Shown piece after piece: positions 9,108 to 18,427 of a DNA stretch of 64,000 nucleotides; the stretch's first letter is position 1; every line of letters begins with the position of its first letter. Location of the stretch: contig JBBRLQ010000006.1 of NCBI GenBank assembly GCA_038231275.1, forward strand, positions 128,001 to 192,000, in the 5' to 3' direction. The DNA comes from Polyangiales bacterium (lineage in GTDB: Bacteria > Myxococcota_A > Polyangia > Polyangiales > Polyangiaceae). Below the pieces are notes generated by a model that was not told the DNA's origin, searched no databases, and worked only from the letters and a program-made list of their open reading frames with translations. The translations under genes were made by a program, and so were the position numbers.

Positions 9108-9704
9108 ATGTCGCGTGGTCGAATCGTTTTCGTGGCGAGTGTGGCGGCGGGGATCTTGGCCGCGTGCAGCGGAGACGACACAGCCCCCCTCGGACCGAAG
9201 GACAGCGGCACGATCGACGCGACGGCCGACGACGGGAGCTCCGGCGCGATCGACAGCGCGCCGCCCGACGTCGCGGTGCCCGACACGAGCACCGGAGGCG
9301 GCGGCCCGATCGCCTGCGGGCAAGTGCCGACGTGCGATGGCAAGACGCAAGACTGCTGCCTCGACGCGCCCGCGGTGTGCGCGGCGAAAGGAGCGTGCAC
9401 GGGAAATGTCCTGTCCTGCTCCGGCACGATCAGCTGCGCGACCGGCGACGTGTGCTGCGCTTCGACCACGCGACTCGACGGCGGCGCGGGGGACGCGGGC
9501 GACGGAGGAGACGGCGGCGGCGGAGGCATCGGCACGGTGAAGGCGACGTGCGAGACGACATGCGCCAAAGGGCAGCTCCAACTCTGCACCGACAACGCCG
9601 ACTGCACGGTCCCCGGCGACGAGTGCCGCAAGGGCCCTAGCGGCCTCAAGGGGTGCCGCAAGATCGTCGACGGCGGCGCAGCCGACGCGAGCGACAGCGG
9701 CTGA
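9108..9704 (+). CDS. Cys-rich lipoprotein
   Basis: Lipobox LAAC; Asp/Gly-rich linker; many Cys; RBS GGAGG. Confidence 0.8.
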   Translation: MSRGRIVFVASVAAGILAACSGDDTAPLGPKDSGTIDATADDGSSGAIDSAPPDVAVPDTSTGGGGPIACGQVPTCDGKTQDCCLDAPAVCAAKGACTGNVLSCSGTISCATGDVCCASTTRLDGGAGDAGDGGDGGGGGIGTVKATCETTCAKGQLQLCTDNADCTVPGDECRKGPSGLKGCRKIVDGGAADASDSG

Positions 9705-9726
9705 CTCGGGCGACCCGTTTCGCGGA

Positions 9727-10758
9727 TCAGACCGCCAAATCGCTCGGCCTCTCGTCCGGATGCACGAGCAGCGTGCGCACCGCCCAGAGCTCCTCGAAGA
9801 CGCGGTAGCGCGCCGTGTTCTCCAGGTACGCCGCGCCCGTCGAGCCGCCGGTGCCGATCTTCTTCCCGATGAAGCGCTCCACCGTGCGCGCGTGGTGGTT
9901 ACGCCAGAGGATGAAGCTCTCCTCGAATTGGATCAGGTCCTCGCAGAACTGGTAGGCCCCGGCGAATTTCTCCGGCCACGTGTAGACCGCGAGGGCGACT
10001 TGGAAGCCGTGCTGCGCGAGCTGCGCCTTCAGCGTCTTCTCCCGCGTGTCGCGCTCGCGCGTGTAGCCGTCGCGCTCCAGCTCGTCGCCGCTGAACATCT
10101 TCTCGAGGCGCTTCTCGCGCTCCATTCCGTGCTCGAGCGCGCGCGCCACCACCCACTCGCGATCGGCGCTGCGGAGCGGAATCTCCGCGAGGTACGGCAA
10201 GAGCAGCTCGCGCAGACTGCCGCTCCTCTGGACCTCGTCGAGCTGGTCGATCATCTCTTTGGGGAAGCCGGCGAACTCGCGGTAGTCCTTGCCGCCGTAG
10301 GTGATGCGCTGATCGTTGGTGAGACCGCACAGCGTCTCGATGAGGCGCAGCTGGAGCGACTGGAAGCCGCTCGCCGGGGTTAGCGCGTTGCGGAAGCCGA
10401 GAAAATCGATCGGGCGCATCGTCTCGATGACGTGGATCTGCTGCACCATGATCGACCACACGCGGTTCGCCCGCTCCATGTAGTGGTGCGTGCGGATCAT
10501 CGCGAGCTCCGAGACGTCGCGCTCCTTCATGATCCCCTGCACGTGGATCATCTCGTGGAGCGTCAGCTTGAACCAGAGCTCGTAGACCTGGTGCACGATG
10601 ATGAACTGCATCTCGTCGTGGTGCGTCGTGACCGGTCGCTGCGCGCCGAGGAGCTGCGGCACGGCGAGGTAGTCCCAGTAGTTGCGGCGCGGCTCGGCGG
10701 TGCTGAGCGCGGGCGCGCTGTCCTGGGGGGCCGGCGCCTTGGTCTTGCCATCGCTCAT
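9727..10758 (-). CDS. kynA: Tryptophan 2,3-dioxygenase
   Basis: YWDYL, HDEMQFIIVHQVYELWFK, PASGFQS, VERFIG, GTGGSTGAAYL. Confidence 0.93.
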   Translation of the reverse strand: MSDGKTKAPAPQDSAPALSTAEPRRNYWDYLAVPQLLGAQRPVTTHHDEMQFIIVHQVYELWFKLTLHEMIHVQGIMKERDVSELAMIRTHHYMERANRVWSIMVQQIHVIETMRPIDFLGFRNALTPASGFQSLQLRLIETLCGLTNDQRITYGGKDYREFAGFPKEMIDQLDEVQRSGSLRELLLPYLAEIPLRSADREWVVARALEHGMEREKRLEKMFSGDELERDGYTRERDTREKTLKAQLAQHGFQVALAVYTWPEKFAGAYQFCEDLIQFEESFILWRNHHARTVERFIGKKIGTGGSTGAAYLENTARYRVFEELWAVRTLLVHPDERPSDLAV

Positions 10759-10793
10759 CGCCGCAGAATGTACCTTGCGTCGCCGGGCCACGA

Positions 10794-11357
10794 ATGGAAA
10801 ATGAGCCTGTGTTCGAGCTCGATCGCCGCATCTTCCTCGCCGTGTACGGCGGGGCCGACCACGGCGCGCTCGCGTTCGTCATGGTCGCTCTGACCGTGCT
10901 CGGCAGCGGCTGGAGCATGATCGGGCTCGTCCCGCTCCTGGTGATTTCTCGGACGCGGCGCGTCGCGATCGCGCTCGTCCTCACCCTCGCCGGGACGTCC
11001 GGCCTCGTCTTCGCGCTTAAGCTCGCCTTCGCGCGCGTCCGTCCCCTCCACGCCCTCGAGGGGGTTCGCGGCCTCTTCGACGCGCCGACCGACTTCTCGT
11101 TCCCGAGCGGGCACGCGGCCGGCGGCTTCGCGTTCGCGGCCTTCGTGACGACGTTGCTCCTCGTCCGGCCTCGCACCGCACGGACGCTCCCCGTGGCGGC
11201 GGGTCTCTTCGTCCTCGCGGCCGGAATCGCGATGTCCCGCGTGTACCTGGGGTGCCACTTCCCGGGCGACGTGCTGGCCGGCTCGCTCGTCGGGCTCGGT
11301 ACCGGCGTGGCGGGAGGTCGCCTGTACACCTTTCGACGCGCCGCCGACCCGCCGTAG
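10794..11357 (+). CDS. PAP2-family membrane phosphatase
   Basis: K..FARVRP, SFPSGH, SRVYLGCHFPGDV. Confidence 0.92.
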   Translation: MENEPVFELDRRIFLAVYGGADHGALAFVMVALTVLGSGWSMIGLVPLLVISRTRRVAIALVLTLAGTSGLVFALKLAFARVRPLHALEGVRGLFDAPTDFSFPSGHAAGGFAFAAFVTTLLLVRPRTARTLPVAAGLFVLAAGIAMSRVYLGCHFPGDVLAGSLVGLGTGVAGGRLYTFRRAADPP

Positions 11358-11422
11358 CCAGTCGTCTGTCCGCCTCATGCCAACCTAGCGGCGGCCCCGA
11401 AGCACGGTATAGTGGGGTTGAA

Positions 11423-12631
11423 ATGCGACGGCTTTCTTCGTGGGCGGTGCGCCTCGGTGCGTCGGCGACGGTCTTCGTCCTCGGCGCGATGTATGTAGGA
11501 TGCAACGACGTATTGATTCCGCAGACCGGCGCGGACAGCGGCGGCGGCGGTGTCGACGGCGACACGCCCGGCTTCGACGCCGATCTCGGCGGGGGTGACA
11601 GCAGCAGCCTCGACGCGGGCGCCGGCGGAGACGTGCGCTCGTCCAAGATCGACTGCACGGGCCAGGACGCGGCGTTCGGTCCGCCCAACGATCTCGGTTG
11701 CACCGGCCTCTACTCGGACTGGGCCAAACGAACCGTGAGCCCCGAGGCCAAAGAGTTCGATCCGGGCCTCCACCTCTGGAGCGACGGCGCCGACAAGACG
11801 CGGTGGATCTCGCTCCCGGCTGGCCAGAAGATCGACACGACCGACATGAACGAGTGGCGCTTCCCCATCGGCACCAAGCTGTGGAAGGAGTTCCGCATCA
11901 CCGGCCACCGCGTCGAGACTCGCCACTACTGGAAGCGCGGGGACAACGACTGGGTGCGCACGACCTACCGCTGGAGCGACGACGAGCTCGCGGCGCAGTC
12001 CTTCACCGAGGGCGCGCAGAACGTCGGCGGCGGCACGTACGGCATCCCGGCCGTCTCGCAGTGCGATTCGTGTCACTCGGGGCGCATCGACAAGGTGCTC
12101 GGCTTCGACGCGGTCAGCCTCTCGTAACCGAAGTCCAAGTACGGCGGGCAGACGCCGGCCATGACCGCGGTCGCCGCGCTCCTCACAGCGCCGCCCACGG
12201 TGGCGCTCACGATCCCCAACGACACGAGCGGCAAAGCGGCCGACGCGCTCGGATGGCTCCACGCGAACTGCGGCGCCTCGTGCCACAACCCGTCGCCGAG
12301 CTCGTTCGCCGGCGTGACCGGCCTCTTCATGAGGCTCGAGGTCGGACCCGCAGGGCTCGGCGCATACGACGCGACGAACACGTACAAGACGGCGGTCTGC
12401 CAGACGTCGCGCTTCCAGCAAGATCCGCCGACCGGCGGTTGGGTGCGGATTTTCCCCGGCAACCTGAATCGCAGCCTCCTCCCCTTCCGCGACGGACGGC
12501 GCAACGATCCGTTCATCCAGATGCCGCCCATCGCGTCGAACATCCCGGACCTCGAGGGCGTCAAGCTCGTGCAGGACTGGGTGCAGACCGGCACGTTCCC
12601 CACGCAAAACACCCCCTGCCCCCAGCCCTGA
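11423..12631 (+). pseudogene. SO2930-like di-heme c-type cytochrome lipoprotein interrupted by an in-frame TAA (12125-12127)
   Basis: ORFs ending 12127 and starting 12161 are in the same frame and read through as one protein (LWSDGADKTRW, KLWKEF, CDSCH, then LHANCGASCHN, QMPP); lipobox-like YVGC. Nonsense mutation or sequencing error. Confidence 0.7.
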
Positions 12632-12641
12632 GGTCAATCCC

Positions 12642-12926
12642 ATGAGCGTGCCGCGACGAAGGCTCGGTCGGAAGCTCCTCGTCGCGTCGATCGGCGTGGC
12701 GAGCGTGAGCTACGTGGCGTGCGGGAGCAGCGACATCTCGAACGGCACCGGGGATGGCGGCGTGAACAAGGACGCGACCGACGAGCACGTCGTCGGAAAC
12801 CTCGCGGGCCCGGCGGACGGCAACTTCGTCGATCGCACCCCTCCGCCCGAGGACGCGCCGGTCGATCAGCTCGTCGCGAACCTCGTCCCGCCGCCGTCCG
12901 ACTCCGGTCTCGACGCGAAAGAGTGA
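12642..12926 (+). CDS. Small acidic lipoprotein with repeated V-[GA]-N-L motif
   Basis: KLLVASIGVASVSYVAC signal/lipobox; DEHVVGNLAGP and DQLVANLVPP. Confidence 0.75.
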   Translation: MSVPRRRLGRKLLVASIGVASVSYVACGSSDISNGTGDGGVNKDATDEHVVGNLAGPADGNFVDRTPPPEDAPVDQLVANLVPPPSDSGLDAKE

Positions 12927-12931
12927 GCGGG

Positions 12932-13750
12932 ATGGCCGAGGCCAGCAAGGGCGAGCTGTTCGAGCTCGAGATGCTCGGCGAGGGCATCGAGCGGCGCTAC
13001 CGCAAGATGCGACCCGAGGTGGAGGCGATGCCCTGGGGCACGCTCGACACGACCGGCATCCCCGCGAAGGCGGTGCTGCTCGCGCGCAAGCAGTGGACGG
13101 GCGCGGCCTTCCAGGAGCATCGCACTGGGATTGCGTGCGCGGCGACGTTGCGCGCACTCTTCGAGTGCCGCGCGCCGCTCGATCTCATCGCGATGGCCGC
13201 GCGTTTCCCGATGGACGAGCTCGTCCACGTCGAGCTGTGCGCGCGCATGGCGATGGAGCTCGGCGGCGGCACGGAGATCATCCACGACCCCGACGAGATG
13301 ATTGTCGAGGCCGATCCGGCGCTGCGCCCGCTCCTTCGTTGCGCGGAGCTCGTCGTGCGCTTCTTCTGCGTCGGCGAGGCGCTCTCGATCCCGCTCCTGC
13401 GCGGCACGTGGCACGCCGCGCGGCATCCACTCCCGCGCGCGGTGCTCGCGCGGATCGTGAAGGACGAGGCCGCCCACGGGACCTTCGGCTTCACGTTCCT
13501 CGACTGGGCGCTCGGGTCACTCGACGAATCCGATCGCCGGCACCTCGGCGCGCAGGCCGACCGGTCCATCCGCGCGGTCCATCGGCAGTGGGACAACATC
13601 AAGAAGACGCGCCTCGGCCTCTACGACGAGGTCGCCGGCGACGCGCTGGCGTGGATGCAGTCGGACGCCTACCTCGCGCTCGCGGCGCGATCACTCGAGG
13701 ACAAGGTACGCAAGCCGCTGCTCGCGCGCGGCATTCCGATCACCGCGTAG
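12932..13750 (+). CDS. Ferritin-like diiron-carboxylate protein
   Basis: QEHRT, DELVH, CVGE, DEAAH give an E..ExxH..E..ExxH ligand set. Confidence 0.85.
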   Translation: MAEASKGELFELEMLGEGIERRYRKMRPEVEAMPWGTLDTTGIPAKAVLLARKQWTGAAFQEHRTGIACAATLRALFECRAPLDLIAMAARFPMDELVHVELCARMAMELGGGTEIIHDPDEMIVEADPALRPLLRCAELVVRFFCVGEALSIPLLRGTWHAARHPLPRAVLARIVKDEAAHGTFGFTFLDWALGSLDESDRRHLGAQADRSIRAVHRQWDNIKKTRLGLYDEVAGDALAWMQSDAYLALAARSLEDKVRKPLLARGIPITA

Positions 13751-15092
13751 GGACCTCGGCGATCGGCGTTCCCGGACGGGAGGGCGCGCCGCGATCGTCG
13801 GGGAGAACCGAGACGCTCGTGTGCTCGAAGCGCACGCGCACCGCGGCGTCGTCGATGCGTGCGCTCTGCATGTAATAACTCTGCAAACGCTCGGGCGTTC
13901 CGTGGAGGGCGAGGCTCCACACCGTCCCCCATTGCCGCTGCGTGCGGTAGCCGTTCCGATCGCGGGCGTGCGGGATCTCGCGCTCGGTGCCGTCGGCGTG
14001 AATCGCGACGATGCGGAGATCGGGCATCTCCGTCCCGACGCAGTGCTCGAAGGTCGGGTAGCACGCGAAGGGGTAGGACTGCATTTGGCCACGCGCGCCT
14101 TGCACGACGACCCCGACGAGGACCGCGACCCCGACCCCGACCGCCGACGCCGACTCCGACTCCGACGCCGACCCCGACTCCGACCCCGACTCCGACTCCG
14201 ACGCCGACGCCGACGCCGACTCCGACTCCGACCCCGACTCCGACCCCGACTTCGCGCGCGTCCATCGTGCAACGCGGCGTTCGATCGGCCGCATGTCGAG
14301 CAGCATCACGTAGCAGCCCCAAAGGCTCAGAAACGGGATCAAGAAAATCGCCTGCGTGCCGAGATGAAACAGGACGCCGAGCATCGCGCCCCACACGCGG
14401 AGGCGCGGGACGAGGAACAGCGCGGGCGCGCCGAGCTCGAACGCGAGGACGCCGAGGCCGCCGGCGTGGAGGAGCCACGGGTGATGATCGATCCGAAACG
14501 TCGGGACGACGCCGTGCTCGGCCCACTTCCAATAGAGCTGATTCTGCAGATTGTCCGAGAGCGCCCACGCGAGGCCCGACGTGTGCAGCTTGTGGAAGCC
14601 GGGGAAGAAGTACACCGCCGCGAGGAGGAGGCGCGCGACGAAGAGCGGACGCGCGTACGCGAGGGCGACGGCTCCGATGGGGCGCGTGCGGGCGTCGACG
14701 GCGAGCGTGTGATCGCAGGGGCTCGCCGCAAGAATGGCGGCGAGCCAGAGGAGGTGCATGTCGTGCCAGACCTGGCCGGTCATCTGCGCGATCGCGCCGA
14801 GGTAGAAGGTGCCGAGGGTCATGATGACGAGCGCCGGACGCGCGCGCACGCCGACGATCGCGAGCAGCGCGGCGAACGCGGTGACCAGCTCGACGACGAT
14901 CGCGAGATCGGCGCGGATCGGCACGATCGCCGCGAACCATCCGAGGCCTTCTGGCGCGACGCGCAGCGCCGGCGAGAGCGCCGCGACGCGGACACCTTCA
15001 CGAAGCGTCGGTCCCGCGAGGATGAGCGCGGGGACGGCGATGCGCAGCGCCGCGAGCGTCGCGGCGGGCTCCGGACGGAGGCGAGACCTCAG
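13740..15092 (-). CDS. HTTM-domain membrane protein (vitamin-K-dependent carboxylase/SdpB-like)
   Basis: LAALRIAV, WHDMH, VYFFPGFHKL, FELGAP, FHLGT, YPFACYPTF; start uncertain (CTG overlapping upstream TGA). Confidence 0.75.
   Translation of the reverse strand: MRSRLRPEPAATLAALRIAVPALILAGPTLREGVRVAALSPALRVAPEGLGWFAAIVPIRADLAIVVELVTAFAALLAIVGVRARPALVIMTLGTFYLGAIAQMTGQVWHDMHLLWLAAILAASPCDHTLAVDARTRPIGAVALAYARPLFVARLLLAAVYFFPGFHKLHTSGLAWALSDNLQNQLYWKWAEHGVVPTFRIDHHPWLLHAGGLGVLAFELGAPALFLVPRLRVWGAMLGVLFHLGTQAIFLIPFLSLWGCYVMLLDMRPIERRVARWTRAKSGSESGSESESASASASESESGSESGSASESESASAVGVGVAVLVGVVVQGARGQMQSYPFACYPTFEHCVGTEMPDLRIVAIHADGTEREIPHARDRNGYRTQRQWGTVWSLALHGTPERLQSYYMQSARIDDAAVRVRFEHTSVSVLPDDRGAPSRPGTPIAEVPTR
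14126..14250. repeat. (CCGACN)n hexamer tract inside the HTTM gene (encodes SESGSES...VGVG)
   Basis: About 20 tandem CCGACT/CCGACC/CCGACG units. Confidence 0.9.
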
Positions 15093-15445
15093 CGCCGTTG
15101 ATCGCTCTGCGCGGGCGAGGCGACGTCGCGATCGAGGCGCGCGTCGAGGTACGTGCCGTGACTGGCGACCGCGTTGCGGCACGCCGCGTAGAGGAACGGG
15201 TCGACCTTCTCGAGGTCGGCCAGGGTGACGCCGCTGGCGACGACGACGCCGCGGGCGTCCCTCACCTCGAGCTGATCGCCGACGAGGAACGTCACCTTGT
15301 AGTCGCGCGTCTGGAGCGCGAAGGTCGCCTTGTGCTGCCGCGCGTCGGCGGCGCTGCGAGGCGATATGCCGGGATCTTCGACGGGCGTGCCGCACGAGGG
15401 CAACGCGAGCGCGGCGAGCAGAACCAAGGCGGCGTGGGTTCGCAT
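15089..15445 (-). CDS. Small hypothetical lipoprotein
   Basis: Lipobox LPSC; high GC3; abuts the HTTM gene. Confidence 0.7.
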   Translation of the reverse strand: MRTHAALVLLAALALPSCGTPVEDPGISPRSAADARQHKATFALQTRDYKVTFLVGDQLEVRDARGVVVASGVTLADLEKVDPFLYAACRNAVASHGTYLDARLDRDVASPAQSDQRR

Positions 15446-15486
15446 GCACGGAGTATCCCCCCGCGGCGGCCCGATTTCCAGTCCCG

Positions 15487-16350
15487 CTACTTCGCGCAGC
15501 GGATGCCGATGTCTTCGGCGCCGGAGCCCATCGGGTGCGTCCAGCGGCGCGAGGCGCGGAGGCGGTCCGGCGAGTCTTGCCAACTACCGCCGCGCTTGGC
15601 GTGCTGCGGCGCGGTCGCGGGGCCTTGGGGATCGTCGGTCGGACTGCTCGCGTAGTAAGCGGCGTCGTAGAAATCGTTCACCCACTCCCAGAGATTTCCG
15701 CCCATATCGAGGGCGCCGGCCGCCGAGGGCGCTGTCGGGTGCGAGCCCACCACGTCGGTCTTCACGGCGTCGCTCGTCGCGCGGCACGCGCCTGCTGCGT
15801 TCGCGGAGTTCGCCGCGGCCGTGGCCGAGAAGCTCGCGAGCGTGCAGGTCGGGGATGCGTTTCCCCACGGGTAGAGGCGGCCGTCGGTACCGCGCGCGGC
15901 CCACTCCCACTCGGCCTCGGTGGGCAGACGCTTGCCACGCCACGCGCAGTACGCGTGCGCCTGATCCCAATCCACCCACGCCACCGGGTAGCGCGCGTGG
16001 CCGGACGGATCGAAGTCGCGCGACGGCGCCACGCACGCACCGGCGGCCACGCACTCCTGGTATTCGCGCTGCGTCGTCTCGAGCGTGTCGAGCGCGAAGG
16101 CGTGGACGTTCACCGTGTGGGCCGGCTTCTCGTCGTCGTTGCAGGCGACGTCGATCGCGACGTTGCAGCCCATCGTGAACGCGCCGGCCGGCACGACGAG
16201 GAGGCCTCCCCCGAGGAGCGGCGCAGCGCCATCGGCGGCGGCGTCGGCGGGCGGCGACTCTCCGGTCTTCGGGCTGGAGGACGTGCACGCGACGACGCCG
16301 AGCGCGCCGAAGATCGCGAAGAACGACGCGGCGCGTGCGAGGAGCGTCAC
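15487..16350 (-). CDS. SUMF1/formylglycine-generating-enzyme-family lipoprotein
   Basis: FTMGC, DEKPAH, RLPTEAEWEWAARG, DMGGNLWEW, RGGSW, GIRCA; lipobox VVAC. Confidence 0.9.
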   Translation of the reverse strand: MTLLARAASFFAIFGALGVVACTSSSPKTGESPPADAAADGAAPLLGGGLLVVPAGAFTMGCNVAIDVACNDDEKPAHTVNVHAFALDTLETTQREYQECVAAGACVAPSRDFDPSGHARYPVAWVDWDQAHAYCAWRGKRLPTEAEWEWAARGTDGRLYPWGNASPTCTLASFSATAAANSANAAGACRATSDAVKTDVVGSHPTAPSAAGALDMGGNLWEWVNDFYDAAYYASSPTDDPQGPATAPQHAKRGGSWQDSPDRLRASRRWTHPMGSGAEDIGIRCAK

Positions 16351-17306
16351 GGCACCCCCGGCGCGAGCGTGCGGTCCAGGAAACGAAAGGTGTCGCGCCA
16401 GTGATCGCGAGCGTTCTGGCGCCAGACGAACGCGTGGAAGGCGTGCGGCTCGCCCGGGTAGAGCACGAGCTCGTTCGTCACGCCGAGCGCCGTCAGCGCG
16501 CGCGCGAGGCGACGCGAGTCGTCCAAGATCGGATCTTTGGTTCCGCACGGAATGAAAAACGGCGGGAGCGGGCGCGCGGGCCGTGGCGCGCCCTCGAGGA
16601 CGACGAGCGGATCGGCCAACGCGAACCCATGTGTCCTCGCGCTCTCGGGGAGGTACGCCGTCTCCACTTCGACGAGCCGGTCGAGGACCCACGGCGGCAG
16701 CGGCCTCCGTCGGCCGAAGCGCGCCGAGTCGCTCACCTGGAGAATGCCGCACGCGGCCAGCGTCGCGCGCGGAACGAGACCGGTGTCGAAAATGCGCTTC
16801 GCGTACGGCTCGGGCCTCTCGCAGGTCGCCGCCAGCGTCATCGCGGTGACGAGGTTCCCTCCCGCGCTCTCCCCCGCGAGGACGAAGCGGCCAGCGTCGC
16901 CGCCGAGGCGCTCGATGTTTGCGGCGAGCCACTCGTACGCCTGCGCGCAGTCCTCGAGCGCGCCCGGGAACGGCGAGCGCGGCGCGAGGCGGTAGTTGAT
17001 CGTGATCGTGAGGTAGCCGCGCCGCGCGAACATCAGCGCCATCACCCAGTGCGAGTCCTTCGACAAAATGCGGAATCCGCCGCCATGCACGTAGAGGACG
17101 ACGGGGAGCGGTCCCTTCGCGTCCTTCGGCCGGTAGACGTCGCAGAGGTGCTCTTCGGCGCCGCTCGTCGTGTACGGCACGTTCGCCTCGACCTCGACGC
17201 CATGCCGCTCCGGGCGGGCCAGCGGATGGAGCTTCGCCACGCGCGACGTGCCGCGGAAGAACCCGTCGACCAGGAACGCGCCCACGCGGCGGCGGAAGAC
17301 GCTCAT
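16347..17306 (-). CDS. Alpha/beta hydrolase (HSL-family esterase)
   Basis: HGGGF, YRLAP, GESAGG, DPILDD, HAF. Confidence 0.92.
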   Translation of the reverse strand: MSVFRRRVGAFLVDGFFRGTSRVAKLHPLARPERHGVEVEANVPYTTSGAEEHLCDVYRPKDAKGPLPVVLYVHGGGFRILSKDSHWVMALMFARRGYLTITINYRLAPRSPFPGALEDCAQAYEWLAANIERLGGDAGRFVLAGESAGGNLVTAMTLAATCERPEPYAKRIFDTGLVPRATLAACGILQVSDSARFGRRRPLPPWVLDRLVEVETAYLPESARTHGFALADPLVVLEGAPRPARPLPPFFIPCGTKDPILDDSRRLARALTALGVTNELVLYPGEPHAFHAFVWRQNARDHWRDTFRFLDRTLAPGVP

Positions 17307-17319
17307 GGCGATCGCAGCG

Positions 17320-17613
17320 TCACGAGAGCGACGCGAAGATCCCGATGACCCCCAGGATCGAGATGGCGAACCCGATCCAGAAGGCCACCGCGAGCGTGCC
17401 TGGCTCGCCGCGCTCCTTGCGGAGCTGGACGTAGCGGTTCATCGGCCCGAACGACGTGAAGAGGCGCCCGATGAAGAAGCGCGCTGCGAAGCCCGGCGGC
17501 TCGAACGCCGGATCGTTCTCGCGCAGCCATTTCTCTGCCATCGTCGCCGCGATGAGCCAGGTCATCTGCCCCAGGAACATCACGACGAAGAGCCCCCAGA
17601 CGTAGTCGTGCAT
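17320..17613 (-). CDS. Small membrane protein
   Basis: Two hydrophobic segments; high GC3. Confidence 0.65.
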   Translation of the reverse strand: MHDYVWGLFVVMFLGQMTWLIAATMAEKWLRENDPAFEPPGFAARFFIGRLFTSFGPMNRYVQLRKERGEPGTLAVAFWIGFAISILGVIGIFASLS

Positions 17614-17665
17614 GGGCGCATCGTAGCGCGACGGGGAGCGCGAAGTCACCGGGCTGCGCGCGCGG

Positions 17666-18289
17666 TCAGAAGACGTCCGATGGAGACTGGCGCGGCGGCG
17701 GCGCATCCAGGCGCGGCGGCGGCGCATCCAGGCGCGGCGGCGGCGGGGGCGCGGGCACGGGCGCGCTCACGATGCGCGGCGCGGTCGGGCCGGGCTGCAG
17801 CGGAGGGGCGACGGCGACGGGATCCGGCGCGATGGGCGAGATGCGCGATGGCGCCGGCACCCGCGGCTCGATCGGATCCCCGCGACGCGAAGGCGACGCC
17901 AGGACCGGCGGCGCTGTGATTCGCGACGATGCTGGAGACTTGGGATAGGTCGCCTCCGAGGGGCGCGTCGTGATGAGGGCGACGAGAACGAGCGCTCCGG
18001 CAGCAATTGCGGCGGAAAGCATCCACACGCCGCGGGTCGACTCCCGAGGGATCACGATCGTCGCCGCCGCGCGACGCACGTTGGTCCGCGCGACACGACG
18101 CTTCCGCTTCGATCGGAGCCGCACAGTCCCCGTCGGCCCCCAATCGCCTCCGAGCTCGCGCCGCTCGGCGATGCGCACCGTACCGCGCGGCCCGAGATCC
18201 CGACGCGCGATCGGCGATGGATCGATCACGAAGGGCTCGACGCCCTCCACGACCTCGACCTTGCTGTCCTCGGGTGGGTCTTCCTTCAT
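17666..18289 (-). CDS. Hypothetical single-pass Pro-rich protein
   Basis: One TM segment; duplicated GPxGTVR; PPPRLDA twice from a 21-bp tandem repeat. Confidence 0.6.
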   Translation of the reverse strand: MKEDPPEDSKVEVVEGVEPFVIDPSPIARRDLGPRGTVRIAERRELGGDWGPTGTVRLRSKRKRRVARTNVRRAAATIVIPRESTRGVWMLSAAIAAGALVLVALITTRPSEATYPKSPASSRITAPPVLASPSRRGDPIEPRVPAPSRISPIAPDPVAVAPPLQPGPTAPRIVSAPVPAPPPPPRLDAPPPRLDAPPPRQSPSDVF

Positions 18290-18427
18290 GGTCCTATCCC
18301 GATAAGGATAGCCAAGCGCCCAGGCCCGGTCACGGAGAACGGCGAACGACGCCGAAGAACGCTCCTACCTCGTCCCCACGATGGAGACCGGGACGAGCAC
18401 CACAAGTGGTACGATCCGCCCGACGTC

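Noticed and set aside
12125-12127. Selenocysteine or pyrrolysine recoding
   Set aside because: The codon is TAA, not TGA or TAG, and TAA ends other genes in this window normally.
17689-17745. 21-bp tandem repeat as a mobile or regulatory element
   Set aside because: Simple in-frame duplication in a Pro-rich tail.
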